NCBI GenBank assembly: GCA_013239625.1
Contig: MU053823.1
Coordinates: 565,565 to 629,564 of the forward strand
DNA: 64,000 bases
Source of the DNA: Lama guanicoe
Lineage: Eukaryota
Direction: 5' to 3'
How positions within the stretch are numbered: the stretch's first letter is position 1; every line of letters begins with the position of its first letter. The notes beneath the pieces are model-generated. The model ran no database searches, was not told the origin of the DNA, and saw only the letters and a program-made list of their open reading frames with translations. The translations under genes and the position numbers were made by a program. Below, piece by piece: positions 33,801 through 47,220 of the stretch.

Positions 33801-35788
33801 CTTGAAGCGTTAAGGGAAGACAAACCCTTTCCCGTTTTTTCCTTCATTCGTTTTTAGCTCTGACTTTTTGTCTCACAATGTCATTCTTGGCTCGAAATCA
33901 CTTTGTCTTTTCTTTCTCCCTCTCTCTGGCCTTAGAATAATTATTCTTTAATGTTTTGCAAGATCAAATGGCACCAGTGAAAGTAAAAAGCAGGTTTTTC
34001 CGACCCCCTGCATTTACTCAGAGCAGGCCCCCGTGTAATTCCAGTACACAAGTTATTTTTCCAATGTCTATTGAAAGAATCAATGAAATAATTGTAAAAA
34101 CCTAGGATTATGCTTGTCCTAAAATAAGTTGTGTAAAAGCAGTATGCTGAAACCATACCGAGGGTGGAGTTTTAGATGTTTGAAATCTGTAGGTATTTTC
34201 TTGATGGCAGAAAAGCAGGGAGGGTGAAAGGGAGAGGGATCTGAAACGCCTTTTCTCTGGGTAAACGCCTTTTCTCAGTCTGAGAAAATTGCCTTTAAGA
34301 AAGCTAAGCAGGCTGGAAGGAAGAGAGAACCTTCTACTTTTAGCAGGATATATTTTTAAAAGGTAACAGCTGGAATTTAACTGAATCTCAGGGACCTAGA
34401 AGTGGGCCGAATGTATTGAGACAAATCCTCCTTGAGCAAGTGGGACCTAATAAGCTCCTGCTTCTCAGAAACCAGGTCAGTGACCTGACGTGTCCCCAAG
34501 GTAGCAGGGACCTCCGAGTTAGGCAATCCTAGCTCTGGGCAACAGGTAACAGTTGCTCAATAGGACAGTTTGCTTGTATGTTGGGGGCACTGACTGGTGG
34601 GCTGGGGTCTCGGCTGCACCTTGGTCGTAGCCCCACCAGATTTGAAGCTCCACTCAGTCAGGAGCCACAGCTCTAGACATCAGTCTAGTGGGAGTTCGCC
34701 AGGGGAGGCCAGCAAAGTGAGTGTCCTAAAGCAGGTCTCCTGTGTCATTTGATTCCTGTGAGATGTTCTTCCATCTTCACTGAAAACAAGAGGAAAAGTG
34801 GTGGGTTAAATTCCAAAATGGAATTTCAACATGAAATCCTCACCTGATAATATAATGTAAGGTCTGCTTGGAAGAAAGGGAATGAATGGAATCACGATCT
34901 GAAATCTCTTAAATCCAAATGCAGGTTTCTGCCGACCCACTGTGACTCTCAGTCGCAGCATTGCGCTGCTCTGTGGGACAATGTTTGGTAATGTGATAGC
35001 CACGTAGGAAAACAAATAGACCCCAAATCCTAAAAGCAGGTAACAAAGGGCTGTAAACATTTTTACCTTGTCAAGGTAAAGACAGGGAAAACCGCCTCTT
35101 TCACAGAACAATGCAAATGGCATTTCAAGGCACACAAAAAAAGCTAGTGACGGCTCTAAAGATTGCCAAAGTTAACTCTACTCTTTGCTCGTTTTTTTTT
35201 TTTTAAATAAAACTAGTTTATTCTCTTTTAGTTCTCAAGAGCACTGATTCTCATCCACTGCTTTCTAGGAGGACTAAGCCGTCTTTTAGGTATTTTTTAA
35301 CTTACTTAAATATAATTTATATTTTAAATATCATGGTTGAATGGATTGTTTCTACACTAAACACAATGTCTAGACGTTTATAACCACTGATTTTTCCTTG
35401 CTCGTATTTGTAACATTTCTCATAAGGAACAGCTTTGCACAGAATGTTATTTGAATCTTCTTTTATTAGTTAGATGTAGGTGGAGTTCATCTTGAATCTG
35501 AAAACACTGTGGAAAATAAACTCTCGGGGTGAAGAAAGAAAAAATTTGAGAAATGTCGATTTTCCTGTCTGAACTAGGTTTCAGCTATTCATCACTCCAG
35601 TTGATCCTGAAGGACCGAATCCCAGCTCCCAGATCCTTATCACTTTCTAAGGTGTCTTCCCTCCTCTCATTTCCTTCCAAAATTAATCCTATCACACACC
35701 ACTGCTAAAAGAATTATCCCAAATTAAAATTTTAATCATGTCATCTCCTAATCAAATGACTTCAATGGTTATTGAATAAAGTCTAGAT

Positions 35789-36478
35789 CAGTGCTGTCCA
35801 GCAGAAATATGTGAGCCACATATGAAATTAAAAATTTTCCAGTAGCCATTTAAAAAAAAAGGAAAGAAATGAGTTGTCACGTTTAATATTTTATTTAATC
35901 TAATATACTCCAAATATTCTCATTTCAACACATAATTAATATGAAAAATTATTGAGATATTTTATTCTCTTTTTCTGGGACTAGATCTTCAAAATCCAAT
36001 CTGTATTTTACACTCACAGCTTATCTTAATCGGGACACTAAGTTTTCAACAATCAAAGTGAAATGTGTTCCTAGTAATAAAGCTGTGTTTAACAAAAAAC
36101 ATTTTACATTGCTTCAATTTTTTAAAAATTAAGTATAGTTGATTTACAATATTTTATTAGTTTCAGGTGTACAGCATGGTAATTCAATATTTTAATAGGT
36201 CACACTCCATTTAAAGTTATTGTAAAACATTGCCTATATTCCTTGTGCTGTATAATATATCTCTGTAGCTTATTTATTTTATATATAGGAGTTTGTGCCT
36301 CTTAATCGCCTACCCTTATTTGCCCCTCCCCCCTTCTCTGTCCCTACTGGTAACCAATCGCTAGTTTGATCTCTGTATCTGTGAATCTGTTTCCGTTTTT
36401 TTATATTCATTTATTTTTTAGATTCCATACGTAAGTGGTAACATACAGTATTTGTCTTTCTCTGTCTACACTGCTTCG
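35789..36478 (+). mobile_element. Second MER33/Charlie5-like element with reversed L1 3' insertion (~36118-36466)
   Basis: cagtgctgtccagcagaaatatgtgagccacatat..; L1 flanked by taca(t/c)tgcttc. Confidence 0.7.
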
Positions 36479-38719
36479 CATAGTGCTGGACACGTAAATA
36501 AAAAACTGAATGAACACATGAACAAATCAAAACTTAATCAGCACCTGAGTTCCTACTAAGACAGTTGCTTGAGGGACGCGTTAGAGTCACCCAAACAGGA
36601 TGAGGTTGGCAGTGGAAGTAAACTTAGTGAACACATTGGCCGATAATCAATGATGTCGGCTTCCTTCCCTCTGCGTGCCTGCAGAGCTATCACCGAGTTA
36701 CCTAGGGGAGCACTTTTGCAAGACTAAAACCACAAACTCAGCGTGCTCATAACTGACACACTGAAATCCTTCCACGTGGTACGATGAAATCCCTCCACGT
36801 GGGACAAAAATCTGGGGAATCTGGTCATTGTAGAATATAAGTGTTCTCATCAATACTTTGGGTACAAACTTCTAGTTTTTAAGTGCTTAGCACATAAAAA
36901 GCTTTGATGTTTGTTGAATTGATTACAGAGCATAGATAGAAACAATCTGCATCTTTAGCCATCTTTGTCACTCATAGGCATTAAAACATTGTCTTTAATT
37001 GTAACAGTAGATGTCTTAATGTTGACCAAAATTCTTTCTGAATTTCATTTAAAGGAATTTAAAATTTTGCCTAATATATATAATAGATATATGTATAAAA
37101 CTAGTCTCTAATACGAGGATCTGCTGTGAGCTCTGGCTGGCAAGGAGAGCAGCAGTGGTGTGTTGGAGCCAGCCCTCCACACTGCTCCCTGACTGTTCAG
37201 GGAGGTCATGTTGGTAGCTGTAAATCTATCACGGTGGGGGTAAACCGGCAAATGCCACAAAGTTAGTTAGTTTGTTTGTTTGTTGAAGCACTGACTTAAC
37301 AGTGACCCCACGGAGAATAAGTAATGCTTCTTAGAGAAGTAGCTGATTCCGTATCTGGGGCTAAGCCACAGAAGATGAGCCTGGGACATCTTACTCGTCA
37401 GGAAGCAAAGATGCTTTCAAAGATCAGTGTGGTCATGTCAAAAGGACAGAGGAGCCAATTTAAAAGGGGCTCTCACAGGCCAAAGGTAAGATAGTTTGGG
37501 CCTCAAAAAGAGAATATTGTCTGAGTTTAACTTACTGTAAATCTGAAGAATCCATAATGATACCAAAAGGGGGGCGTTATATCAAGTATTCTAAAAAGAA
37601 AGTGAAAAGAAGAGAACGTATTTCTGCTAAATCTCATTATTCAATCAAGTTTACTCATTTATTGTATTCATGAATAATATGGAAACAAGGGACTCTAATT
37701 GTACCAATTAGAAGGCATTTTCTGACCCAAGGGGACTATTGGTAGAATGATTTTCTGAGTATGAACTCAAGTCAGAGGCAGATGTAATGCCCTAAATTTA
37801 AGTGGATGTAACTGTAAGTATACCTAACAAGTGCACATTCCTGGGAATATGAAAGAATAAAAAATCTTATCCAGGCCAAGGGTCATCAAAGTTATATTTC
37901 TTAGTATCTCAACAAGTTCAAGACCTTGAAGTTATGGCTACTGTGAAATAAAAAGACTTGTGACTGTCAGAATTGAGGTTTTGTCAGTCCATGTGGGCTG
38001 CTCCAAATCTCTTGGCTCTAGGTTCAAAGGCAGATGGGAATGCTACAAGAGCAGGGCTACTGTGCTGTCCAGATTCCAAGACAAGTTGCACAGGGCCAAA
38101 ATGTTGGACAGGCTCATTGGTTTTGATGTTTGAATCAGGAGACCAGCCTGGACTTGTGACAAGCCCGTATTTCCACCAACAAATGCCAGGGGGTCTGCCA
38201 GGCACCTCCTCTAGCTTTTTGACTGTATCTTCTGTAGCATGTGAAAGAAAGTCATCTATGTTTACAAGTCATAAAACAAACTAGGATTGGAAACAGCCAA
38301 AAAAAAAAAGGAATTTATGTTTTAAGGTTACTAATTTTTAGAAAGACTTCAGATTCTTTCTATCTATAATATATAATTTATTTAATACACATTTATTAAA
38401 CACTATGTTAAACTGAGCGACTTAAGGAAAACAATGACCATACCAATTAACATGCATTATCGACTAATGACTCTGATGAGACAGAAAGAACCCATCTTAT
38501 TAAATGAGAAAATAGCTTGCCTAGGGCTGCACGCATAGCTGGTTAATGATGTTGACCAGACTTCAACCTAGGCAGCTGGCTCCAAAGTCCTTGCTCTTAG
38601 AAACTACATGTACCCCCTCGCGTAACAGTCAGTCTGGTTCCTACTGTTCTCCCACATACACCTTTACGTGTCTGCTGTACCTGACTACTTACTGATTTTG
38701 AACCATTTGTGTTTGTTTG

Positions 38720-38927
38720 CTAGCGCTGGATAGGATAAGAAATATATTTGGTCTTTGTCTACGTTCCGGGCTTAAAATCTCCTAAAACCATTGGAATTTC
38801 CTGAGTGGTAGGAAAGTCTGTTATTCATAAGGAGCTCTTTTGGGGCACACCTAAATTATGCTAATGAGGTGCGTTAGGGTGGGGTGCTAAGCACGCACTT
38901 AGGGACGTGCTTAGCTATATCCTCCCT
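38720..38927. mobile_element. MER21-like LTR fragment followed by a partial Vic-1-like SINE
   Basis: tatatttggtctttgtc..ttggaatttcctgagtg..ttatgctaatgaggtg; then tgctaagcacgcac..agctatatcctccc. Confidence 0.5.
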
Positions 38928-39064
38928 CTGTTCTTATTCTTTAATACTACAAGCTATACTCTTAATCTAAATAGGTATCTTGAAATGCATGCTTTTGGTC
39001 AATATTTTATCTCTTAGAACATTTCTTTTTATGCATTTCAGTCTGGTGCCAATTTTATAGAGGG

Positions 39065-39396
39065 CATAATAACCCATCATATCTGTGGGGGATATGTCCC
39101 AGACATCTAGTGGATGCCTGAAACCGTGATTAGTACCAAACCCTACACAGACTATGCTTTTTCCTGTACGTGCACATGTTTATACAGCGTGGATACAGTG
39201 GACAAGGGCATGGTTCACTCCCTGGGTGGGGCAGAGCAGGACGACACAAGATTTCATCATGCTACTCATACTCAGAAAGTCATGCAATTTTAAACTTACG
39301 AATTATTTCTGGAATTTCCATTTTATATCTTCAGACTGCAGTTGTGGGTAACTGAAACCTCAGAGAGCAAAACACTGAATAAGGGGAGATTACTAT
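39065..39396. mobile_element. TcMar-Tigger MITE (MER44-like)
   Basis: gggggatatgtcccagac..gtggatgcctgaaacc and taactgaaacc..ataaggggagattacta ends. Confidence 0.7.
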
Positions 39397-39709
39397 ACTT
39401 TCTAAGTGTACTTAGCATAAACAAGTCTATTCCTATACCATATTATTGCGTATATTACTTAAAATATTCTGAATAATCTGATCCATTTTAAGTGATGAAT
39501 AAATGCTTGTTGAGAAAACTGAATAAATGAATGGTGATCAGAGTAATTTCTCAGGATTTGAATAGAATTTAATGTAGTTTTAATTGTATTTATAGTCTGA
39601 ATGTCTCTAAAAAGGATATGTTAACAATTTTTATTTCTTAAATACTCATGTGATGAAAATAGGTGATTAAAGTTTAATATTACCCAATGTTAAGATGACC
39701 AATTCCCTA

Positions 39710-40870
39710 CTAACTCATTCTAAAAGTTCAGCATTAACCTAATACCAAAATAAAGACAGCAAAAGAAAAGACAGCTACAAACCAATAGCTCTCATGAGCA
39801 CAGATGCTAAAATCCTTAACAAAATATTAGCAAAATTTAATATAACAATGAATAAAAAGAATTATACACTGTGACCAACTGGGATTTATCTCAGGTATGC
39901 AAGGCTGATTCAGTATTTGAAAATCAATTAATGTAATCCACCACAAGAGAAGGCTAAAAATGAAAAATCACATGATCATATCAACAGATACAGAAAAAGT
40001 CCAGAAACTAACATAACATTGTAAATCAATTATATGTCAATAAAAAAATTGTTTTAAATAAAAGAAAAAAGAAAAAGCATTTGAAAAAATCTAAAATAAA
40101 CAAACAAAAAACAAATTTAAAAAAAAACCCTAAGATAACAACATACTTAAATGATTGAGAAACTCAAAGCTTTCCCACTAAGATCAGGAACAAGGTTGTC
40201 CCCTCTCACCGCTCCTTTTCAACATTATTCTAGAACTACTAGCTCATGTAATAAGACGAGAAAAGAAAATAAAAGGTATATAAATTGAGGAGGATAAATA
40301 AAACTGGCTTTGATTGAACATAACATGATTGTTTATGCTTTGAATGAGTCCCATGAAAACATTCCTGTAACTTATAAACTACTATTGCAAAGTTGCAAGA
40401 TACAAAACTAAATCATGTTCCTATATACCAGCAATAAAAAAAGTGGAATTTGAAATTAAAAAAGCAACACCATTTATATTAGCATCCAAAACAAGGAAAT
40501 ATCAGGAACTATATTTAATGGTTTGTAGTAACCTGTAATGAAAAAGACACTAAAAAGATCACTGGTTGCCAGTGGTTGAGAGTGGGTGATGAGAGGAGTA
40601 ATGGATAGTTGGAGCACAGAAGTTTCAAAGGCAGTGAAAATATTCTATATGACAATGTAATGGATACATGTCATTGCACATTTGTCCAAATCCACAGAAT
40701 GTACAAGACCAAAAATGAACCCTAATGTAAAATACAGACTATGGGTGATTGTGATGTGGTAGTGTAGGTTCATCAACTGTGACAAGTGTACCTCTCTGGT
40801 GGGAGATGTTTATAATGGGAGTGGTTATGCATTCTGGGGGACAGAAGGTACATGGAAAATCTCTGTACTT
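39710..40870 (+). mobile_element. Old L1 (ORF2 RT-region remnants and 3' UTR)
   Basis: ctacaaaccaatagctctcatgagcacagatgctaaaatccttaacaaaatattagc encodes a YKPIALMSTDAKILNKILA-like L1 RT segment. Confidence 0.85.
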
Positions 40871-40874
40871 TCCT

Positions 40875-40978
40875 TTTATTTATTTTATTTTTTTATTTTA
40901 ATGGAGGTACTGAGGATTGAACCCAAGATCTCATGCATGCTAAAGAAATGCTCTTCCACTAAGCTACACCCTTCCCCC
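40875..40978 (-). mobile_element. tRNA-derived SINE, Vic-1-like
   Basis: ttaatggaggtactgaggattgaacccaagatc..gcatgctaa..agctacacccttcccc. Confidence 0.8.
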
Positions 40979-42399
40979 AAAGTCTTCATTCCTTTTCGTA
41001 AACCACAATGCCAACTAAAAATTTGTAATCTGTCTCCTGTCAATTTCACAACACAGTTCACCTTTTAAGCCCTACCTAATCAGTCAGCTAGGGTTGCTCC
41101 TTGTCAATTCTGTAATAAAATCCAATTCTTAATTTCTCTTGAAAAATTAATCAGTTCATAAGAGTGGGCTATGAAGAGAACAATGAATTTTGCTGTTTAA
41201 TACCATACCCTAAACTTCTTTGAATATACGTCCTTATTTAATATTATCTCCTCAGAAACTTCATTTCATGCTTTTAAGTCTGTTACCAATGCCAAGCAAC
41301 TTTTTTCTGGAGCAAGTATGTTTTAATACTTGGCAGAGTGTAAACTGGTTCTGCCATACCATAGCATCATGTATCCTACACTTACTGCTAACAGTTAATA
41401 ACAATATGTCCAAATACGCTCTAAGCAATCTCTGCAAGAATAAACAGATCACTATGGTTGACAAAGGCAGATACGAAGAAAAAAGAAGAACCAGGCTAAG
41501 AGGGGAAGTGAGTGTCTATGTCACAATTCAAACTAAAAGAAACTGCCTTATACAATAGCGGCCCACAGTTCAGCCCCAAACTCTCCCCAAAAGACACCCC
41601 ACCAAAGATATTAAATGGAAAATTCCAGAAACAAATAATTCATAAGTTTAAAATTGCATGCCGGTTCGGAGGAGCATGATGAAATCTTGTGTCATCCTGC
41701 TCCGTCCCAGCCAGGGAACGAAGTGCCAAACAAATTCTGAATAAGCAGCAGAGAAAAACCTCAGACTCTCTCCAGTGTTTTCATAACTGGGCTTCTTCCA
41801 GGATTAGAGAAAAAAAGCGACACCTTCCTCGAGAGCATCTCAGCGCTTCCCTGCCACGATCACCACCACTGAAGCAGAAGCTTCCTTCTCCGGCACCTCC
41901 CCTTCCTGAGCTGCCCTGGGCGGGGCACGGTTAGCTTCCTAACCCGCAGCAGAGGCCTGGCACTGCGAAGCTATCTATTTCCTCTTATTAGCAACACTAG
42001 GTGAGGCGAGAGAATAATTACAGTGTAGTGTAGTTGACTAAACAGAGGGTTTGAAGTCAAAAGAGTGAAATCCGAGTCCCAGCTCTGGAACATGAACTAG
42101 ACTTTGCACATCTGACTAGTCACTTCTCTGCTTCAGTTTCAGTATTTAACTGGAGGTCATGATACACAGCTCAAAGAATTATTCAGAGAAATAAGATAAT
42201 ACAAGTGGGAAAACAAAACCTGATAAACTCTAAAGCCCTAGCAAATATTCATTTATATATTTTTCATTACATATTTTTCGTCGACTGTTTATTGAGTACC
42301 TACTGTATGCTAGCTACAGTTCCAGGCGCAAGCAATACAAATGCCACTAAGACAAAGTCCCTACCTTCACGGAGCTTAAATTTTAACGCAGGAAGCATA

Positions 42400-45300
42400 T
42401 GTGAAGGTTAATTCTATTTCTCAACCTGGCCGGGGCACCGTACCTAGATATTTGGTCAAACATTATTCTGGATGTTTCTGTGGGGGTATTTTTGGATGAG
42501 ATCTACACTCAAGTGATAGATTTTGAGTAAAGCAGATTGCCCTCTATAATGCGGGTGGGTCTAAGTTGAAGGCCTGAAAAGAACAAAGACCTGGCATCTC
42601 CCTCCACCCCGGCTAGAAGGAGTCTACCAGCAGACTGCCTTTGGACTTCAAGGGCGACATCAGCGCTTCCCGGGGCCCTGGCTTGACGGCTTTTGCGCTT
42701 GAACTGGCGGCACTGGTTTTTCCTTGGTCTCCGGCCTGCCAACCCACCCTGCACATTTTGGCCTTGCTGGCTTCTATAATCGCATGAGCAAATCCCTTAG
42801 AGCAAATCTTTCTCTATATGCAAGTATCTTCTGCTTTTTGAAAATTTGCTTTATGCCACTTCACTTTCTTGAAAGACCTACATTAGTACCTGTTTTTCTT
42901 AACCAAAAGAATTCCGAAGAGGATTTTTGTTTTTAGGAAAAAAGGTGAAAAGTGACAACAGCATCACGCATTTGTTTTGCAGAGAGCGGCACCGCCGAGC
43001 TTCTTCCCAGGATCTGCACTCGGCACTTCAGCATCTCACTGCCGTAGCTTTGAACTATGTCCTGAGCCTCTGTGCCTCACCGTTTTTTTTAAATTGAAGT
43101 ATAGTTGGCTTACAGTGTTGTGTTAATTGCTGGTGTACAGCATAGTGATTCAGTTATATATCTGTATATACATATTCCTTTTCAGATTCTTTTCCATTAT
43201 AGGCTATTACAAGGTATTGAATATAGTTCCCTGTGCTATGCAGTGGGACCTTGTTTATCTATTTTATATGTAGTAGTGTGTATCTGCAAATCCTGAACTC
43301 CCAGTTTATCCTTCCTTGCCCCCTTACCCCCTGCTAAGCATAAGTTTGTTTTCTATGTCTGTGGGTCTGCTTCTGTTTTGTAACTAAATTCATGCGTCAT
43401 TTTTTCAGATTCCACATATAAGCGCTATCATATGGTATTTGTCTTTCTCTTTCTGGCTCACTTCCCTTAGTTTGACGATCTCCAGGTCCATCCCTGTTGC
43501 TGCCTGAGCTTTATCTTGATTTATTTTGTGCACGCGTTAGCAAGATGTGTCTTAAGGTAACTGCTTATTTTATGCCATTTCAGCTTATGAAACATTTCAC
43601 AGGAACGCTCTACTTTCGGATAATGGGGAAAACCTGCATTTACACATACTGTTGGTTCTGTTGCTCTGCAGAACCCTAATACAGATTTTGGTACCATGAA
43701 GTGGGGGTCCTGCTGTAACAAACACCTAAAGATGTGAGTGGAAGCTGGACGAGTTTTGAGATACACACTGAAAACCTTGAAGAAATTGTCAGTAGAGACA
43801 TGAATGTTACAGGTGATACTTCTGGTTAAGTCTCAGATAGAAATAAGGAACATATTGGAAATTGGAGGAAAGTTGATCCTTGTTTGAAAGTATCAAGAGA
43901 TTTGGCAGAATTGTGTTTTAGTGTTTTATGGAAGGCAGAATTTGTGATAAAACAGGCCTTCTCAGCTGAAGAGATCCCTAAGCAAAGTATTAAAGGTATG
44001 GTTTCCCCTTCTGCTTATAGAAATGTGAGAGGCAAGAGGTACACTGAAGGAAGAATTGTTAGGCAAAAAGGAACCAGAAATTGAAGACTTGGGAAAGTCT
44101 TACCCTATCCATATTGCAAAAGACCAGAGTTTGCTCTGGAGAGGACACCAAGGGTGTGGCTGGAAAATCATTTGATAAACAGAAAAAGGAGTGAAATTCT
44201 TGGATTTAATCAGCTATCTCAGCAGAATCTAGGAATAGAGATGGTGTTCTATCAGCAGAAATACTGCCAGATTAGATTAAAAGACAGCAATAAGGCAAAC
44301 TGAAGTAAGTCTCTCGGGCTCTGAGGTTCTACACGACGGGCCAATAGAGCTATCAGCACATGTTACCCCTCAGTGCAAGGGGGGAGACCCTGACTCAGAT
44401 ACCGGCCACCGCTCTCACCAGAGACCCAAAGCACACAGGCCCTCAAAGCAAGGCTACCTCCTCCAAAGTCAGGCAGGTGTCCTGGGCTGAGAGACAACAA
44501 GGCTGGCTCCTCAGTGGGCCTGGAGGGTCAGATCACTAAGCCAATGAGGATTATTTATCCCTGAGACTTGAAATCTAATGGAACATTGATTTCTTGGCTA
44601 TGACACCAAAAGCTCAGGCAACAAAAGCAAAAACAGACAAATGCAACTGCATCAAGCTTAAAAACTTCTGTTCATCAAAGGACACAGTCAACAGAGTGAA
44701 AAGGAGACCTATGGAATAGGAGAAAAGATGTGTAAATCATGTATCTAATAAGGGGTTAATGTCCAGAATTCATAAAGACCTCAACGACAAAACATCAAAT
44801 AACCCGATCAAAAAATGGGCAAAGAACTTGAACAGACATATCATCAAAGATGATACACAAAGGACAAGAAGCATATGAAAAGATGCTCAACATCATTAGT
44901 CATCAGAGAAATGCGAATTAAAACTGCAATGAGATATCTCTTCACACTCAAGAAGATGGCTACCATCAAAAAACAAAACAAAAGAAAACCATTCAGAAAA
45001 TAACAAGTGTTGGGGAGAATGTGGAGAAGCTGGAACTGCTGTGCGATGTTGGCAGGACTATGAAATAGTGCAACTGCTGTGGAAAACAGGTAGTTCTTCA
45101 GAAAATTAAAAACAGAACTACCATGTGATCTAGTAATCTCACTTCTAGCTACAGAAAGTACTGAAAGCAAGGGCTGGAAGAGACGCCCGCGCAGCCATGT
45201 TCACAGCAGCACTATTCACAGTAGCCAAAGGTGGAGCAACCCAGGTGTCCATCCGTGAACGAATGGGTAAACAAACTGTGGTCTGTACAGACAATGGAAT

Positions 45301-46400
45301 GGTATTCAGTCTTAAAAAAAAAAAGGAAATTTTGTCACAGCCTACAACATGGATGAACCTTGAGAACATTTTGCTGAGTGAAATAAGTCAGTCACAAAAG
45401 GACAAATACTGTATGATTCCACTTATACGAGGTACCTACAGTGGTCAGACTTAGAGACGCAGGAAGTAGAAAGATGCTTGCCTGGAGATGGAGAGAGGGA
45501 GAAAAAGAGAGCTGCTGTTTAATGGGTACAGAGCTCCAGTTTTGCAAGATGAGAAAGTTCTGGAGATCTGTTTCACAACCATATGAACATACTTAACGCT
45601 GCTGAAATGTACACTTAAAAATGGTTAGGACAGTGAATTTTATGTTATGTGTTTGTTACCACAATGAGAAACAAAATGGAAAAAAAAATCTAATGGAATT
45701 TACTTTGTCAGGTTTTGGACTTGTTTGGGATCCTTCACTCCTTTCAATTTCTCCCTTTTTGGAATGGGACTGTCTGCGCTACACCTGTCCCACCACTGTG
45801 TTTTGGAAGGACATAACTTGTCTGGTTTCATAGGTACATAGCTGGAGGGGAATTCTGCCTCAGGTTGAATAATATCTCGAGTCTCATCCACACCTGATTT
45901 AAATGATACTCAGATGAGACTTTGGACTTGGAATTGATACTGAAATGGATTAAGACTTTGGGGGCTGTTGGGATGGGATGGAAGTAAATGTCTTTTACAT
46001 GTGAGAAGGACAGGAATTCTGGGGGGCCAGAGAATGGGGTGTTATGGATTGAACTGCGTCCTCCTAAAATTCATATGTTGAGACCCAAACCTCCAGTACC
46101 TTAGAATGTAACTGTCTTTGGAGATGAGGTTGTTAAGTTTAGTGAGGTCATAAGAATGTGACTCTAATCCAGTTATGACTAGTGTTCTTGAAGGAAGAGA
46201 ACGAGACGCCAAGGGGGTGTGCACACAGAGACAAAGCCGTGAGGACACAGTGAGAAGGCAGTCCTCTGCAGGGAAAGATGTCTCAGGAGAAACCAACCCT
46301 GATGTTAGATTTCCAGTCTCCAAAGCTGTTAACATGTTAAATTTGCTGTGTCAGCCACCCAGCCTCTGGTATTTTGTTACGGTAGCCCTCGCACTTACAC
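42400..46400 (+). mobile_element. Nested block: MLT2-like LTR, MaLR internal sequence and MLT1-like LTR, interrupted by a Tigger-family (MER82-like) element, an L1 3' end and a longer L1
   Basis: LTR start tgtgaaggttaatt..tttggtcaaacattattctggatgtttctg; junction gaaccctaataca|gattttggtacc (43683); Tigger-like 42822-43637; L1 43083-43500 (-) and 44585-45690 (+, poly A); last LTR tgttatggattgaactg..cacttaca. Confidence 0.7.
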
Positions 46401-46409
46401 ACCAGACAA

Positions 46410-47220
46410 TAAACAAACAAATAAATACATCATGACATGTAATGTTAAGGGGGCACTCGGAAGAACAGTATAGCAAAGTAAGGTAATAAAGAGTTGGGAA
46501 GGAGGGTTATTTAAGATACGGTGGTGAGGGTTGATCTCAGTGGAGATGACATTTGAACAGACACCTGAATGACATGAGGGAGCAAATCTTGGGAGCATTT
46601 ATGAGTACAGTCTTCCAAAGAGCAGGCGCTTCAAATACAAAGACACCAAGAGAAGGTGCCAAAAGGCTAATGTGCAGGAGTGGAGTGAACGAGGGGCAGA
46701 GAGGTGGGAGGAATGACACTGAGAGGTGAGTAGGAGTCTGATCACGCAGGGCACTGGGATGCAATGGCGAGGATCCTGGATTATATTTTAAATGTAACAG
46801 AAAGCCAGGAAGCTACAAAGCCATTTTAGTTCTTTTGGGGTGATGGAGTAACATTGGTTGATTTGTTTTTGTTTTTGTTTTTGTGTTTAAGTATTTGCTG
46901 TTGAATGGAGAAGATGCTGGAGGAGAGCAGAATGGAAACACAGAGACCAACTAGGAGGCTCCTGGTCCAGGTGAGAAATGTTGAGGGTATGGACAACGGT
47001 AGTAGTGGTGGAAGCAGTGACTTGCTGGATCTGAAATATATATTCAAGATAGAACCAATAGGATTAACTAACAATCTAGCTGGTTGGGTGGGAGAGAGAA
47101 AAAAGGAGTCAAAAATGATCCTAAGCGTTTTGGCCTCAGTAACTGGAGAACTGGAGTGGCCATTTACTTCAACAGGGAAAACAGAGCGACAAGGGGTCAA
47201 ATCAAGAGTTCGGTTTTAGA
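46410..47220. mobile_element. L2 fragment
   Basis: gagatgacatttgaacagacacctgaatgac..ggatctgaaatatatattcaagatagaaccaatagga..ggagtcaaaaatga. Confidence 0.65.
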
